From the NCBI RefSeq assembly GCF_018350175.1, contig NC_058368.1:139626001-139690000 (forward strand): a DNA stretch of 64,000 nt, in the 5' to 3' direction. This document shows, in pieces, positions 12,781 to 26,790 of the stretch (within the stretch, counting starts at the first letter, position 1; every line of letters starts with the position of its first letter). This DNA comes from Felis catus (lineage: Eukaryota). The notes under the pieces were generated by a model that saw only the letters and a list, made by a program, of their open reading frames with translations, was not told the origin of the DNA and made no database searches. Both the position numbers and the translations under genes were made by a program.

Positions 12781-14959
12781 TCAGGATATTAGGATTAAAG
12801 GAAATAGAAAACCAATTTATTCTTATGTTCGAATGAAGTCAATATATTCTAGATTCTGTGAGTACAAGACCTTATTTACCTTTGTATTTTCAAAGGTTGT
12901 CAAGGTATGCCCAATAAACATGCTGTGCAATGTCTTGAAATACATTAGAAAAATTGTACCCATTCTCATTTGTGTAAGGGATAACATTGAGATATGAATT
13001 GTTTTGTCCTTTAGTCATCCTATCCCTTCCTACCCAGCTTGGGGTGATTTCCTAAGTCTACCAGAGGCCTGCAAGGGCTGAGCAGGACTGTAAGAGAGTA
13101 AATTACATGCAAAAGATACCTTAACTTGCCTCTGGGAGTTCTTAAATTTACTATTTCTGCATGTGTAGGGAATGACTTACAGGTCATGACAACAAAATGA
13201 CTTACAGGTGTGATATCAATTTGCATTCATCCTTATGAGTATGTGCCTGGACATTCCTTTTAACTTACTCAGTTCCAGAAAAAACAGAATCCCCTATGTT
13301 CTCTTTCTGCATACCTTTTTGTTCTATGTCCTATCCCTTTTTCTACTAACATACTTTAATCCACTGTATTATGTATTCCACTCTTAATGCAAATTTATAA
13401 ACCTTATTCTCTGCTATCATGTTTTTTAATGGCTTCTTTCTTTTCTTTTTAGGTACTCCCTTTCTATGTAAGAAGTCTTCATTCTAAATTAATGTTTTAC
13501 TTCTTGTCTGTATCTCTTTACATCAGGAGTAACTTCATCCTACAATAAACATTTCATCTGCTTTAGCTCTCTCTCTCCAATGGATGTAGAACCCACTCCT
13601 GTTTCTTATTCCTCCCCTAAATGGCAATAATCACCATGAAAAATACGTTTGTTCTATACTGCCATTTTCTAATTATTAGGCTATTTCATTTTTTCATCAC
13701 TTAAAAATTTTGCCACTCATCTATAACAACGTTTTCAAATCATAAGCTATTATCTACTAATACCTACTATTCATTTCTACCTAGCAAAGTAATATCAATA
13801 CCTGACTAACATTTTTCTTTTCTATGTCCATCATTCCTATAGACGTCAATATTCATATTGAAGCCTCTGCAGGCATCTTAGTCCCAAGACTCATCAGATT
13901 CCCAGATTGTGTGGATCTTCATCTTCTTGTCAATCATTTGCAAATATGGTCAATTCTAAGAAGTTCATTAACACAGCATATTGCTCTGTTTTTAAATCAG
14001 TACTTACCATCAAACAAGATCCTGACCTTGACGCAATACTACTTTGACCAACTGTTCTTAAATAGTACTAAAGGTTTGTGCTTCACTTATCTCACTAGAA
14101 TCTATTTTGGGTTTTGTATCTCTAACCATCTAACAGCCTAGTACCACCAAACAGGGATTTTCAACTTTATTTTTCTAGTGCAACACTCAATATAAAATTG
14201 ATGAAAATAAGAGCTGTTCTGGCTAAAAGAGTGGCGTTCCTCTTTTCCTTCCCAACCAAGCACTCCTTGTCCATCCTTGAGCTACCTTTAAGGGATGTGT
14301 GACATGATTTAAAGCTACTGTCCTAATATAAATCCCCCATCCCAATCAGACTGGTTTTCCTTACTAACATTCAAATCTATTATGCTAAATTGTATCTTTG
14401 GATCTTGCACATTCCTGCTTTCCCTATCCCTGCAATAATCTAAACAAACCACATTAAAAACAGCAGCTATTATTTATTCAATTGTTGCTGTTATGCACAG
14501 TTCTAATGTATGTATATTCTCACTTAATTCTCACAATCATATGTGCTGGATATAATATTCACTTTATAGCTGAGACAACAGATGTGAAAAAATGTTAAGT
14601 AATCTACTTCAAGTCAACAAACTAACAATGAATAAAAGAGCAAGATTAATAGAAACTTTCCTTTAATGTGATACATCTATCTTCTTTTAAAATCAAACAC
14701 TATGTTTAGGGTAGAGACAATGTTTTCTACTTCTGCAAACCATACACACACACACACACAACTTTAAGGGTTAGTTAAATCCTACTGAAGTATGTGTGGG
14801 AATGTGGGTGGTCTGGTTAAGACTGCCTAACTAACCATTCTGATTAAATATTTTATATAAAAACACTGAACACCTAAAATAAATGAGAATTTGCTGTTAT
14901 CGTTTCAATGACACACTTAAAAAGCACAGTGATTCTTAAAATTCTTTAAGCCATAAAAA

Positions 14960-15240
14960 CACTTCAAACCAAGAATACTCTACCCGGCAACATTATCATT
15001 CAGAATTCAAGGAGAGATAAAGAGTTTTCCACACAAGCAAAAGCTAAAGGAGTTTGTCACCACTAAACTGGCCTTACAGGAAATGTTAAGGAGACTTCTT
15101 TAGGCTGAAAAGTAAGTGTGTTAATTAGAAACAAGAAAATATATGAAAGAATAAATTCTCATTGGAAAGGTAAACAGAGTAAAGGTAGTAGATTAATAAC
15201 ATAAAGCTAGCATGAAGGCTACATGACAAAGTATTAGAGC
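14960..15240 (+). mobile_element. Old L1 fragment, ORF1 3' end and inter-ORF region
   Basis: CCAAGAATACTCTACCCGGCAA...GGAGAGATAAAGAGTTTTCC...AAGCTAAAGGAGTTTGTCACCACTAAAC. Confidence 0.75.
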
Positions 15241-15280
15241 AATCCACTACCTACAATCCACTGTTGTCATATTTTGATAA

Positions 15281-15476
15281 TTTTTATCTATTTATTTAGA
15301 GAAAGATAAGAGAGAACGTGAACAGGGCAGAGAGAGAGGGACAGAGAGAATCCCAAGCAGACTCCACACTGTCAGTGTGGAGCCTGATGTGGGGCTCAAA
15401 CTCACAAACTGTGATCATGACCTGGGCTGAAATCAAGAGCTGGATGCTTAATCGACAGAGCCACCCAGGCACCCCC
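15281..15476 (-). mobile_element. Can-SINE
   Basis: Full element; TSD TTGATAATTT. Confidence 0.9.
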
Positions 15477-15633
15477 AAGGTATTGATAATTTAATGAAAG
15501 ATCCTTAGATTCAGTTCAGCAACTCTGATCTACAAAGTAGGAAACTATGGTCCATGTCCTTATTTCACCTTTACCCAGCATGAGTTCTTAAAAATATCAA
15601 TATTTTTTATAATAGCTTTATAGGGAAATCAGT

Positions 15634-16049
15634 TGTTATGGTTTGAATTATGTCCCTGCAACATTCATATGTTAGAAGCCTAACCTTCCATACCTCAGAA
15701 TGTGACTGTATCTGGAGACGGGGTGTTCACAGAGGTAATCAAGTTAAAATGAAGTCACTAGGGTGGGCCCTAATCCAAGACGACCAGTGTCCTCATAAAC
15801 GAAGGAAATTTAAACACAGGCACTTACAGAAGGAAGATGATGTGAAGACAAAGGGAAGAGACAACCCTTCTATAAGCTCAGGAGAGAGACCTAAAATAGA
15901 TCCTTCCCTCATGGCCCTCAGAAGAAACCAATGTTGGTAACAACTCATCTCAGACTTCTAGCCTCCAGAACTGTGAGAAAATAAATTTCTCTTGTTTAAG
16001 CCACCTAGTCTATAGTACTTTGTGATAGCAGCCCTAACAAATTAATATA
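15634..16049 (+). mobile_element. MaLR solo LTR (MLT1B-like)
   Basis: TGTTATGGTTTGAATT...GGGTGGGCCCTAATCCAA...AGCCTCCAGAACTGTGAGAAAATAAATTTC; 5-bp flanks TCAGT / TTAGT. Confidence 0.88.
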
Positions 16050-16469
16050 TTAGTCTACCACTGTTGCTATTTATTCAAACATGAATAGCACTTAAAATTA
16101 TTTTTCAAAGATTCTATACAACCTGGTTATCACTGTATCCCAACTTCTAAGCCTTCCATTATCACTTTTGTCCTCGAAATGTTCTTTACTACTGATAAGA
16201 TCATTTAAAAATAAATAAATTCTGTATGGATTCTCTTTTTGTTGAAAGGGCTATTTGCAAGCAAATGAAAGATGATGTGTAATGTTTAGTTTGATAAAAA
16301 AAGATATACACACATTTTTCTTAAGGAGAAACACAAGTTGAAAGGCCTTTATTTTTATAGAAATAAATATCAAATGTTAACCTAAAACTTAAAGTCTATG
16401 AAATATAAAGAACATTAAGGCTACTTAATTTAGATAAAATTAAGTACCTAAATTAAGTACTTTATGAGG

Positions 16470-17240
16470 AATATGGGTTTCTGCTTCTGACCAACATAGA
16501 AGAAACAGGCTACCCTCTAGAATGAAACTAAAAAACTCAAAAAACTACATGAAACAATGGTTTTCAAGACATTGGATATTAGGCCACAAAGGACAGTGAT
16601 TCCTGAGAGTCAGGGAACAAATAACATGAGCCCTATGACTGCTCCAGGTTACTGTCTTGGGAGAGTTTCCAAGCTCTAGAGTAAGGAGGAAACCAGGAGT
16701 CTGGCAGACTCTCTAAGGTGAGAAGGAACTGACAGTACAGAGAAACAAAGGCAACTGGAATTCACAAGGCAGATGACTGCAGAGGAGAGGCCCGTACAGA
16801 GAAAGAATTCTGGAGATCAGCAGAAGGTCCCTTTGAACATTCAGTAGAGTACTGTTAGCACATACAAGTGAGGGAACTATAGAGGCCAGGGAAAGAACTG
16901 TATGAAAAAATTCCAGGGAAAAGTATCCAAAACCTACATGGTACAGGGAAAAGTACCTGTTTCCAAATCACGGACTGGAAAACCTCATAATTCACAGTGT
17001 ACTGGTTAAAGAACACTGAAAACTCTTGCCTAGTAGTGGGGAGAAATTAAAATACATAACTGCAAGGTTCTTATACTATGCTTGGAAGTGGCATGTTACT
17101 TGAAGGTAGTTAAATGTCCATACTATGAACCATAAAGTAGCCACTAAAATAACGAAGAGTAATAGCTAAAAAGCCAAAGGAGGTGACAAAATTATTTACT
17201 AAATACTCAATCCAAAAGAAGGCAGAAGGGAGGGAAAAGA
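16470..17240 (+). mobile_element. Old L1M 5'-region fragments
   Basis: ATGAAACAATGGTTTTCAAGACATTGGA...GGACAGTGATTCCTGAGAG. Confidence 0.6.
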
Positions 17241-17723
17241 ATAGAGAGAACAAAAAGTATCAACTCAGATCAAACACATTTAATAAGACCAAGAAATGAA
17301 ACCTTGTCAAGCAACCTAGTTATACTGGGAATGAACATGGTGCTATTTAGGAATACTGAAGGCATTTTTGTCTTCACAGCAAAGGAAAGGAACAAATGAA
17401 GAGCAGATGTTAACAACATCAGTAATATCTTTAGCAGTAACAAAGAAAGAGTAACTTTAAAAACTTACACGAGTTAACTTAAGATCATGTCTCTTAAATT
17501 AAAAAATTCACTAAAGATTATTTTTAAACGTCTATGTAGCTCCATCATTGATTTCTTCTTCTATGAGAAAAAAGCCAGAGGAAGGGAGGGGGAGAGAGAG
17601 AAGTGAAGAGAAAAAGGAAGGGAGAAGAGGAGGAGGAAGACAGAGGAATACAGAGATCAAATGATTTCAGATTTAGAGGATTTAACATAAACATGCTTCT
17701 CTGTAAGACTCATCAGGGGGCGA

Positions 17724-17835
17724 TTTTTTTTTTTTTTTTTTTTTTAAGTTAAGCTCTAGGCCTAACGTGGAGCTTGAACTCATGACCTGAGATCAAGAGT
17801 TGCATGCTCTACCAACTGAGCCAGCCAGGTGCCCC
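17724..17835 (-). mobile_element. Short Can-SINE
   Basis: T22 tail; GAGATCAAGAGT...GAGCCAGCCAGGTGCCCC. Confidence 0.88.
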
Positions 17836-18142
17836 ACAGGGTAAATTTATTAGATGTGATCATGTGAAATACCCCATACTACCGAGATGATAGATATATT
17901 TTTTAACGGAATAAAGAGTTTAAAAACCATGTAAAAGTCTTCAATGGCATCTGGTTTGGGTGATCAGATTAATTAGGGTATGTTAATATAGTATACAAGT
18001 TATAATACTGAAATCTGTTACATTGGGGGTTTTCAGCAAGTGACTATAGTTACCTTTATCACTTAAAGACATTACCCTTTAAGATCAAGAAGCTTTAAAT
18101 CCATTCATTCTCCAAGTAAAAATAGTGGTAATAGCCTAATTA

Positions 18143-18343
<201 letters not shown>

Positions 18344-18990
18344 CTATGATGTTTCATCACCTTTTAAAGTCTACATCTTATTACTGAGGGGATGGGGTAG
18401 GGAGAGTTGTCAAGTTCAACGTAACACTCCTAGGAATAGACTTGAACATGACTAATTAGTGGCTTGACAGTGATAAGCCTGAAGGAAGTAGAGAACAGTT
18501 AAATCTGACAATGTGCTAATATAACATTTAGTATTTTCAAATTAAACACTGTGAGGAAAAATTGTCAAAGACTTTGGGCAAACATATTACTCGGTGACCT
18601 TTCAAAGGAATAGTGAGTGTCATCTACAGAACTCTTAAGAGAGCATGTTGTTTGATCATATAGAATTTAATTTCATTGCACTGGAGCTATTTTACAACTC
18701 TTTAAGTAGTAGAAAACTGAGAGCAATGTAAAGTCCACAGAGGTGCAAATTAATTTTGTCCAGTGAACACACTTGGTTACTAATCTCTGAACAGAATATA
18801 TTTGCATATATTAACAAAATCATTTCACTGTTCTTTACATTCTGCTTTGAGCCAATTTTTTTTACATCTTAACTCATTAATGAATGAAATAAAATCTGAT
18901 ATGTTCATTTTATATTTGTAAGAATCATGATTTTGCACCTTAAAAACCATAACAATATGAAATAAGTTACATTGTGGAATATTTCTTTCA

Positions 18991-19167
<177 letters not shown>

Positions 19168-19219
19168 CTAAAAAAGAAAGTAAACTAAGTGAAAAAAAAG
19201 TTAAATAAAAAATACTTCA

Positions 19220-19375
19220 TTATCACAAGAAAAAAAAGTTGTAACTGTGAGGTAATGGGTGTTAACTAAACTTATCGCAATATTCACTTCACAATACATA
19301 TATATCAAATCATTACGTTGTACACTTTAATACAATGTCACATGTCAATTATATATCAATAAAACTGGAAAAAAC
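19220..19375 (+). mobile_element. L1MA-type 3' terminus
   Basis: GTAACTGTGAGGTAATGG...TCAAATCATTACGTTGTACAC...TCAATAAAACTGGAAAAA. Confidence 0.75.
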
Positions 19376-19574
19376 ACTTAAGAGCAAACAAAAGTTTCCC
19401 ATAAATAAATAAGGTGATTGTAACAAAAATTAGCAATTTGAGTCCACTCAAGAAATACAGGTAACCCAATGGCATAAGTAATGCTTTTCAACACCTAGTT
19501 GCCATTTAATTGGGAAATTTACTGAACAACAACTTCATGTTGGGCTAGTGGGCTAGGAGGGTTAAATAACAGGA

Positions 19575-19808
19575 AAACTACCTTGAGTAGTCAAATTCAG
19601 AGACAAAGTAGAATAGTGGTTACCAGGGACTAGAGGAAGGGGGAAATGAGGAGTTGGAATTTTACAGGCAGAGTTTTTGTTGGAGAAAAGGAAAAAGTTC
19701 TGGAGATGGATGGTGATGTTCGAGATGGATGTACTTAATGTCACAAAACTGTACACTTAAACATGGCTAAAATGACCAATTGTTACATGCATTTTACCAA
19801 TAAAAATT
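19575..19808 (+). mobile_element. L1MB-type 3' terminus
   Basis: GTAGTCAAATTCAGAGACAAAGTAGAATAGTGGTTACCAGGG...GAAAAAGTTCTGGAGATGGATGGTG. Confidence 0.8.
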
Positions 19809-21393
19809 GGACAGAACAAGGATAAAAAGATGATAATAGGAAAACTTTCAGTACTATTTCTTTATAGGTGAATCACTTATCCCGACATAGCTCAAATACA
19901 ACTGTCTCAGTGAAGCCTTTCTTATTACACCAGGCAGTGCGTCTCTGTATTCTCAACCATTCTAGAGCATGATTACGGCACTCAATTAAAATAGTTTTAC
20001 ACTTTGTAATTACGACTGGAGTTGGAACTTCTAGAAGAAGATTGTATCTTTAAAAAATTTTATAGTAACTTCAATAGTTCATAACAGAAAGAAAGTTTCC
20101 AATTTAGTCAGTCTGTTAAGTAATCATACCATGGAAGATAATTAATTGAACTCCTGGATATTTGGGTACAGTTAGATTCCGTACTGTAGTACTACTTGGG
20201 GTTGGCATTCCTCAGAGCACCAATTTTCACTCTTCTTATAACAAAAGCAGTAATAATAATATAGACAAAGGAAATGAACATTTGAAAAAAATACTTCCAA
20301 GTACCTGAAACCTGCTCAACTATTTTGGATTTCTGATTACTTTCTATTGTTATTTTTAAAAAGTACTATGGATAATTTTAGTCTTAGTCACAAAACTTAA
20401 GGTAAAAAAATATCTAATCATTTCTGGTATCATGCCTAGTAGCAACATTTAGAAGGTTTTTAGATTACTTGATTTTCAAGATTAAGACTAGGAATCACTA
20501 AAATTAAGCACGATGTATTACAGAAACCATTTCTACTGGCATTTTTACATCCTCTGTGCTCTAGCTCCCGAAAATCCAGTACATTTCCTATATACCTATT
20601 GGTTTACCCAAGACATTATTCTAACTGAAAAACATTCTTTTAGGTATAAGAACATTAAGTTTTTATACTGATTTAATTACTAAATTAAATGTTTGTGTTA
20701 TTGTCTTTGTGTAAATGATACTAATACTAGTTCAAAACATTTTCCAGTTCAGTATCACTTCATTTAACCGAAGTTCATTATTCTAGGAAGAAGATGGAAA
20801 AGGAGGAAGAAAGAGAAAGGAGGAAGAGGAATCCAAAATCAAAAGAGTAAAACAGCTCATGGAAAAGAGAAAAGTACCTTAGGCGAAGAGACTAGAAACT
20901 TATCCATGTGAAAACCTCTTAAAATTCAAACTTCCAGTATATACTGGTTGCCACACAAAGTGAAATTATCATACTTCAATAATGGTCATTAATAAAACAC
21001 TCTGTGAAAGATACTGCAATATGTTCTTAACTATGAAGTTACTAAGAAATTACATACAAACTTAAGACTGCATGGAATCAAAGCTCTTCTCCAAGATTTA
21101 CATACGTCATCCTAACACAATTCCATACCTCAAAGCAAAACAGTGTTTTAGTGATGAAGCAAAATATGTATTTTTGTGCCAGGAAAACTATTCATGAAAG
21201 GGTAAAACATGCACTTTATGTAAAATTGTACCTCAAGAAAATTGATATTTTTTTTAGAAGATAAAACTAATCCATGACAAAAGAAAATAGGCCAGGGAAC
21301 GGGGGGAAATGGTTACAAAGAGGCACAAGAAAACTTGGGGGTACAGGTTATAATTGTCCAAACTCAACTGTCCATTTAAAATGGATACATTTT

Positions 21394-21519
21394 GAGGCAC
21401 CTGGGTGGCTTAGTCAATTAAGCTTTCAACTCTTGATATCGGCTCAGGTCATGATCTACACAGTTGTGACACCACGAGCTAGCTCAGTGTGCTCTCTCAA
21501 AAGTTAAAAAAAAAAAAAG
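21394..21519 (+). mobile_element. Internally deleted Can-SINE
   Basis: Head and tail present, middle missing. Confidence 0.8.
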
Positions 21520-21800
21520 AGGAGAGGTTTGAAGAATGTAATTTGTACCTTAATAAAATAAAAGAAGGTAAGCTTGTTTCAATATCACAGAATCCTACCA
21601 AAAGAGAATTCTAACAATCATATAGTTTACAAAAAATAAGACTTTTGAAATAATATCCTAAGCTAGGTTCTTTACCTAAAATGGCTCTAGCTTCTTCTCC
21701 TGTCTTTTGATAATAATGTTAACTTTCTAAGGGTGGTGTTTCTACACTTTAATTGTATTGGTTTGGTAAAGTTTTTCATTCAATTTCAATACAGAAGACT

Positions 21801-22006
21801 GGGGGCGCTTGGTGGCTCCGTCAGTTAAGCGTCTGACTTCAGCTCAGGTCACGATCTCACAATTTGTGGGACCTCACACTTTGGGCTCTGCACTGACAGC
21901 TCAGAGCCTGGAGCTTGCTTTGGATTCTGTGTAGTCTCCTCTCTCTGCCCCTCCCCTTGTGCTCTCTCTCAAAAATAAAATAAACATTTTATAAACAAAT
22001 AAATAA
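21801..22006 (+). mobile_element. Can-SINE
   Basis: TSD AATA(C/T)AGAAG(A/G)CT. Confidence 0.9.
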
Positions 22007-22974
22007 ATATAGAAGGCTAGAATTAAAAGTGAGAGGAACCTATAAGACTAAAAATATAAGGTACTCCGTAAGTCACTTATCTCAGACAACTATGCGTTAT
22101 TCATTAGCAAAGAGAAATTAATCTGAATTGCCTGTTTAAACACAAAACCCTCTTTTGACTTATTTTGGATGTTTATTTGTAAAATATTCAAAACCAAACT
22201 ATTTGAAATTTAAATAAATCTACCCTCTCCATCCAGTTGCATTTTATCAATGGGTCTTAGAGGAAGTAAAAACTGCTTATTTTTAAAAGATCTTTTCTTT
22301 TAAGATCTTGAAACAAAATAGAAATACAACAAAGTTTTTCTAAAAGTACCTTCACCATAAAACATATCTTTTATCTTCTTGTCTATTTTTTCAGGTTCCA
22401 CTATTTCAAAACAAGTAATATCTCCTCACAACTAAGACGTGATAGAACAGAGACTCCACTGTAGCAATATTGATAGTGTTGTACATTTTATTTAAGTAAT
22501 GGATAGTAAATGAATGTGGAGGCTGCGAGTTTAGTGTAACTGTATTTCTACCTCTAATAAAGTTTCACTTAAATAAATTCCATTATGAATTATATAAAAT
22601 CATTCCAATGAAAAAGAAATATACTAAGCAATTGTGTGGTTATTCAATTTAAACAATGGAGCTTTGTGTTACTCTATTTCAGTTAATAACTGCACTAAGA
22701 TAAATTTAAATATAGATAAATGTTTAACAAATATACATACAAATACACACACACACACTCACACACAAATGAATCCTCACTGTTTAAAATCTAGTCATTC
22801 TGGAAATGTTTGTGATTGTACAATGATACTGACACTGCATAAAACATTCTTAATGGTATACACCACAGCATTTAGAGTAATTTTATGACAGCCACAAAAT
22901 GGATCAAATCATCTTTGGGAATCACAGAATAAAAATTAGAGAATACTCTCATTACTTTAAAAGAATAGATTCAA

Positions 22975-23189
22975 GGGATGCTTGGGTGGCTCAGTTGGTT
23001 GAGCATCCACCTCTTCATTTTGACTCAGGTCAGGATTCCAGGGTCATGGGATCAAGCCTTATGTCGGGCTCTGAGCTGTCAGCTGGGAGCCTGCTTGGGA
23101 TTCTGTCTCTCTCCCTCGGTCCCTCTTACCCCACTCGTGTTCTCTCTTTCTTAGATACATGAAAAGTGAAAAGCAAAAAAAAAAAAAAA
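22975..23189 (+). mobile_element. Can-SINE
   Basis: Head, (CT)n, A tail. Confidence 0.9.
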
Positions 23190-23354
23190 GGGATAGCTTC
23201 AAACTGTATAATTAAGCCTGAATGCCTTTCTTGTTCATGTGATGTGGCTCTGATTTAGATTTCTCTAAAAACATCTAATCTATCACCAAAGATATCAATA
23301 TTTTAAAAACATTTGGTCATAAGTGCTAAAAATATTTCTAAAAGAAAAGTTATA

Positions 23355-23570
23355 GGGGCGCCTGGGTGGTTCAGTCAGTTGAGCGTCTGACTTTGGCTCA
23401 GGTCATGATCTTGCGGTACATGAGCTGGAGTCCTGTATCGGGCTCTGTGCTGACAGCTCAGAGCCGGGAGCCTATTTCAGATTCTGTGTCCCCCTCTCTC
23501 TCCGCCCCACCCATGCTTGTGCTCTCTTTCTGTCTTTCAAAAATGAATAAACATTAAAAAAAAATTAAAA
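23355..23570 (+). mobile_element. Can-SINE
   Basis: TSD AAAAGTTATA. Confidence 0.92.
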
Positions 23571-24101
23571 AAAAGTTATAAAACTATTCTGAAAAGGGAC
23601 AACGTTCCTGGCATCTCCTTTGTCTTCCCAAGATATTCAGTTTAAAGGCAGCAATACTCATCCTGAATTTATAAGGTATGTTATTTAAAGGTGATGTGGG
23701 GTGAGGGAAGAAGGATGGAAATGGGGAAAAATTACTTTATTGTCACAACTGATATTCTGTTAAATGTTCTTAAAAACTGTAACATGCTTTTAAAATCTCA
23801 TTGGTATGATTGGGAAACTTCAGAGGCATGCTGGCTTTTTCTTAATGTCACTTACTTTTCCACAAGAAATATAAAGTTGAGCTTAATTAAAACCTCTAAT
23901 CACCAATATGTATTTTGAAAACACAAAATTCTATCTAAAATTAATAATGCAGAATTCATATATAGTTACTATAGGAATATTTTCCTTTCAATATATCTGC
24001 TTAAATACTACAATGAGATCACACCTTTATTATAATATTCCTTTTTATTAACACCACACACACACACAAAAGTCCCCAAACAAAAACAAAACGCACTCTT
24101 T

Positions 24102-24120
24102 TGGCCACTAGATGGGATCA
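24102..24120 (+). promoter_or_regulatory. Candidate CTCF-binding site
   Basis: TGGCCACTAGATGGGATCA versus consensus TGGCCACYAGRKGGCRSYA, two mismatches, in non-repeat DNA. Confidence 0.4.
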
Positions 24121-25575
24121 GTAGCATTTTCCAAGTAGCAGTACACTTGGAAAACTGAGGTTACTACTGGTCAAAGTACAATAGTAACGTTTAGACTAAT
24201 TCCTTTATGTGTACCTTTACCTTCTGTATTTTCACTTTTTGAAAAAACTTAAAAGCATAATAAATTAAATCATATAGTTCAAAGTTATGAATTTAATAAA
24301 ACACCAGAAAGGCCTAAAAACTGATTTGAAAAGAAAACTCCCTCAAAGACACAAATTTTATGGTTTGGCTTAATCATGTGGGAGATAAACTTATATATTC
24401 TCATTTTGTACAATCTGTTCATCATCCCATCTAGATTCCAAAGGCCGTGGTTAAAAATCATAGCAAAAAGGCTGACTTATTTTAATAGCACCTGCCTTTT
24501 GAAAAGCTCATTCTTTTTCCTAGTAACACTCTCCAACAAGAAACACAGCAAAGAAATTTAGACAAATTAAGTAACTTCCTCATGGTGTCAAAAACCATCT
24601 AGTTATTAGTGTCAAAGTTCCCCCTAACTCCAACAACACTGTCTCTTTCCATTTTAATTACGGAGAGAATATACAAGATTAATATAAAAACAATGGAGCA
24701 TTTTCTAGAAATTAAAATTCTGAAACCCATAGTAAAACCAAGTAAGCTTGCTATGCTATAAACATCCACACATCTACCTTCAATACTATTTTAAAGCAAA
24801 CCACGAGAAGCAAGACACTATTTAACCAAAAGGACTGTGATTTAAAATATCACTTAAGTTGCAGTGGAAACAGTTTTATTCTTGTCTAAGTCAACATAAA
24901 CATATTATTTGAGGTAAGAAAATTTGGCAGAACAATTTCATGTCCGTAAATATTAAAATCTCATCCATTTAGACTTTCAAACACTGATGGACCCCCCTGA
25001 AACAGCAGCGGCCTCCAGAGTAACAAGAACACAGGGTAAGAGAAGACAAGGCTCTAGCATCACTGTAACCACTAGACAACTACACAATCAGTTACTATCT
25101 TCTTGGGCTTAATTTTCTAATGTTTAAAATGATATGAGTAGTCTAGGATCATAATTCTCTGTGCCAAACCTAAATACCAAAACTTAAGCTAAAAATGTAC
25201 ATATGCAGTGGAGGCCAAATGTAAGGCCAACTGTAATTCCTTTTTGTTGAACCAGACGGAAAGATGTAACACAATTCATCAATTTAATGTATCAGATAAA
25301 GAGAGGTTGAACCCACCCTGATTTCCAGGAATTGTAGCACTTCATGAATCAAAGAAATTTTAAAATATATTAAGAAAATGATACCACAGAGGATTTTTAA
25401 CATATTCTGGCTGCCTAAATCCTAGCAGCCCTCCACTAAATACTATTTGCTTACTCTCAAGATATTTTTCTCAAATAATACTGGAAAATAGAACATTTGC
25501 TCAGATTAGTCCTATAGACCTTTTTCTTTTCAGATCCTAGTCATTCTTGTATCATAATTTAAAAAGCAATATCAA

Positions 25576-25786
25576 GGGCGCCTAGGTGGCTCAGTCAGTT
25601 AAGCGTCTGAATCTTGGTTTCAGCTCAGGTCATGATTTCACGGGTAGTGAGTGGTTAGTGAGTTCAAGCCCTGCATCAGGCTCTGCACTGGCAGTGTGGA
25701 ACCTGCTTGGGATTCTCTCTCTCTCTGTCCCTCCTCTGCTCATGCTCTCTCTCCCTCAAAAATAAATAAATGAACTCAAAAAAAAT
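25576..25786 (+). mobile_element. Can-SINE
   Basis: Full element with degenerate TSD ending TATCAAG. Confidence 0.9.
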
Positions 25787-26564
25787 AAAAATCAGTATCA
25801 AGTAAATGATTTGAGGGTCATTTATGGAACCTGGCTATTTTGCATTTTCTTCTGCTGGAACATGAGATGAGCTTTCATTTACAGAAATATCTAAACATGC
25901 AAAGGGTTGTACTGAAATCAGACTGGAGGAGTTAACCAGGGCCTTATCACATGCCCTAGTTAAGTGTTAAAAAGAATGTTAGAGGAACAGAAGAAAATAA
26001 GACACTGCCTATTACAATCCCCCAAAATGCCCAAATACAATATGGTACTATAGAAATAGAGGGTAACAACACTCTCTTCTTGACTTTAGAACTTCCTTTC
26101 TTGCACTTAGAATTTCAGGCTTTAGATTCCATAACACATCCTTATAGCTAAAGGGGAAATTAGTAAGGTACAAAGTACTTCCTCTGTAGCAAAAGCTGTT
26201 GACACAACCAGTGATGCAAAAGATGATTCTAAACAATTGTGACACTCTGAAATTCAGACTTATCTTAAAAAAATTTTTTTCTCCTTCCTTTAAGGGAATC
26301 TGGAGGTCCAACTGTCTTTTTTTCTCAGTGACATTAAAATGGAGGTGAGAAATAACTAGATAGCTATCAAACGAAGCTGTATAAATGAAGTCTGTTAAAT
26401 AATTTTTCCACTCTAGTTTTAGAAAACAAGTACCAAGGGATAGAGAGATCTTTTTTGTTTTTCTTTCAGAGGAGGGCTGATGAGAGTTGAGTAACTTTCT
26501 AAAAAATGGATGTTTTAGATATTAATTCCAGAGAGCCACCTTGGATAAATTGTAACAACAACAG

Positions 26565-26790
26565 TAAAAACTAATATTTAAGATACTTACTTTGTACCAG
26601 GCATGATGCTAACACTTTAAGTGCATTATCTCATTTAATTCTTTCCATAGCCTATGTGAAATAGGTATTATTAGTATACTCATTTTACAGGTGATTTTAT
26701 TTATTGTCTTCAGAGTCACACAAATGGGAGCCAGGATTTAATTCCAGGTTCAAGAGCCCATGATGTTACTTATTATATGCTATATTGCCT
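26565..26790 (-). mobile_element. MIR
   Basis: TACTTACTTTGTACCAGGCA...ATCTCATTTAAT...CTCATTTTACAG. Confidence 0.7.
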
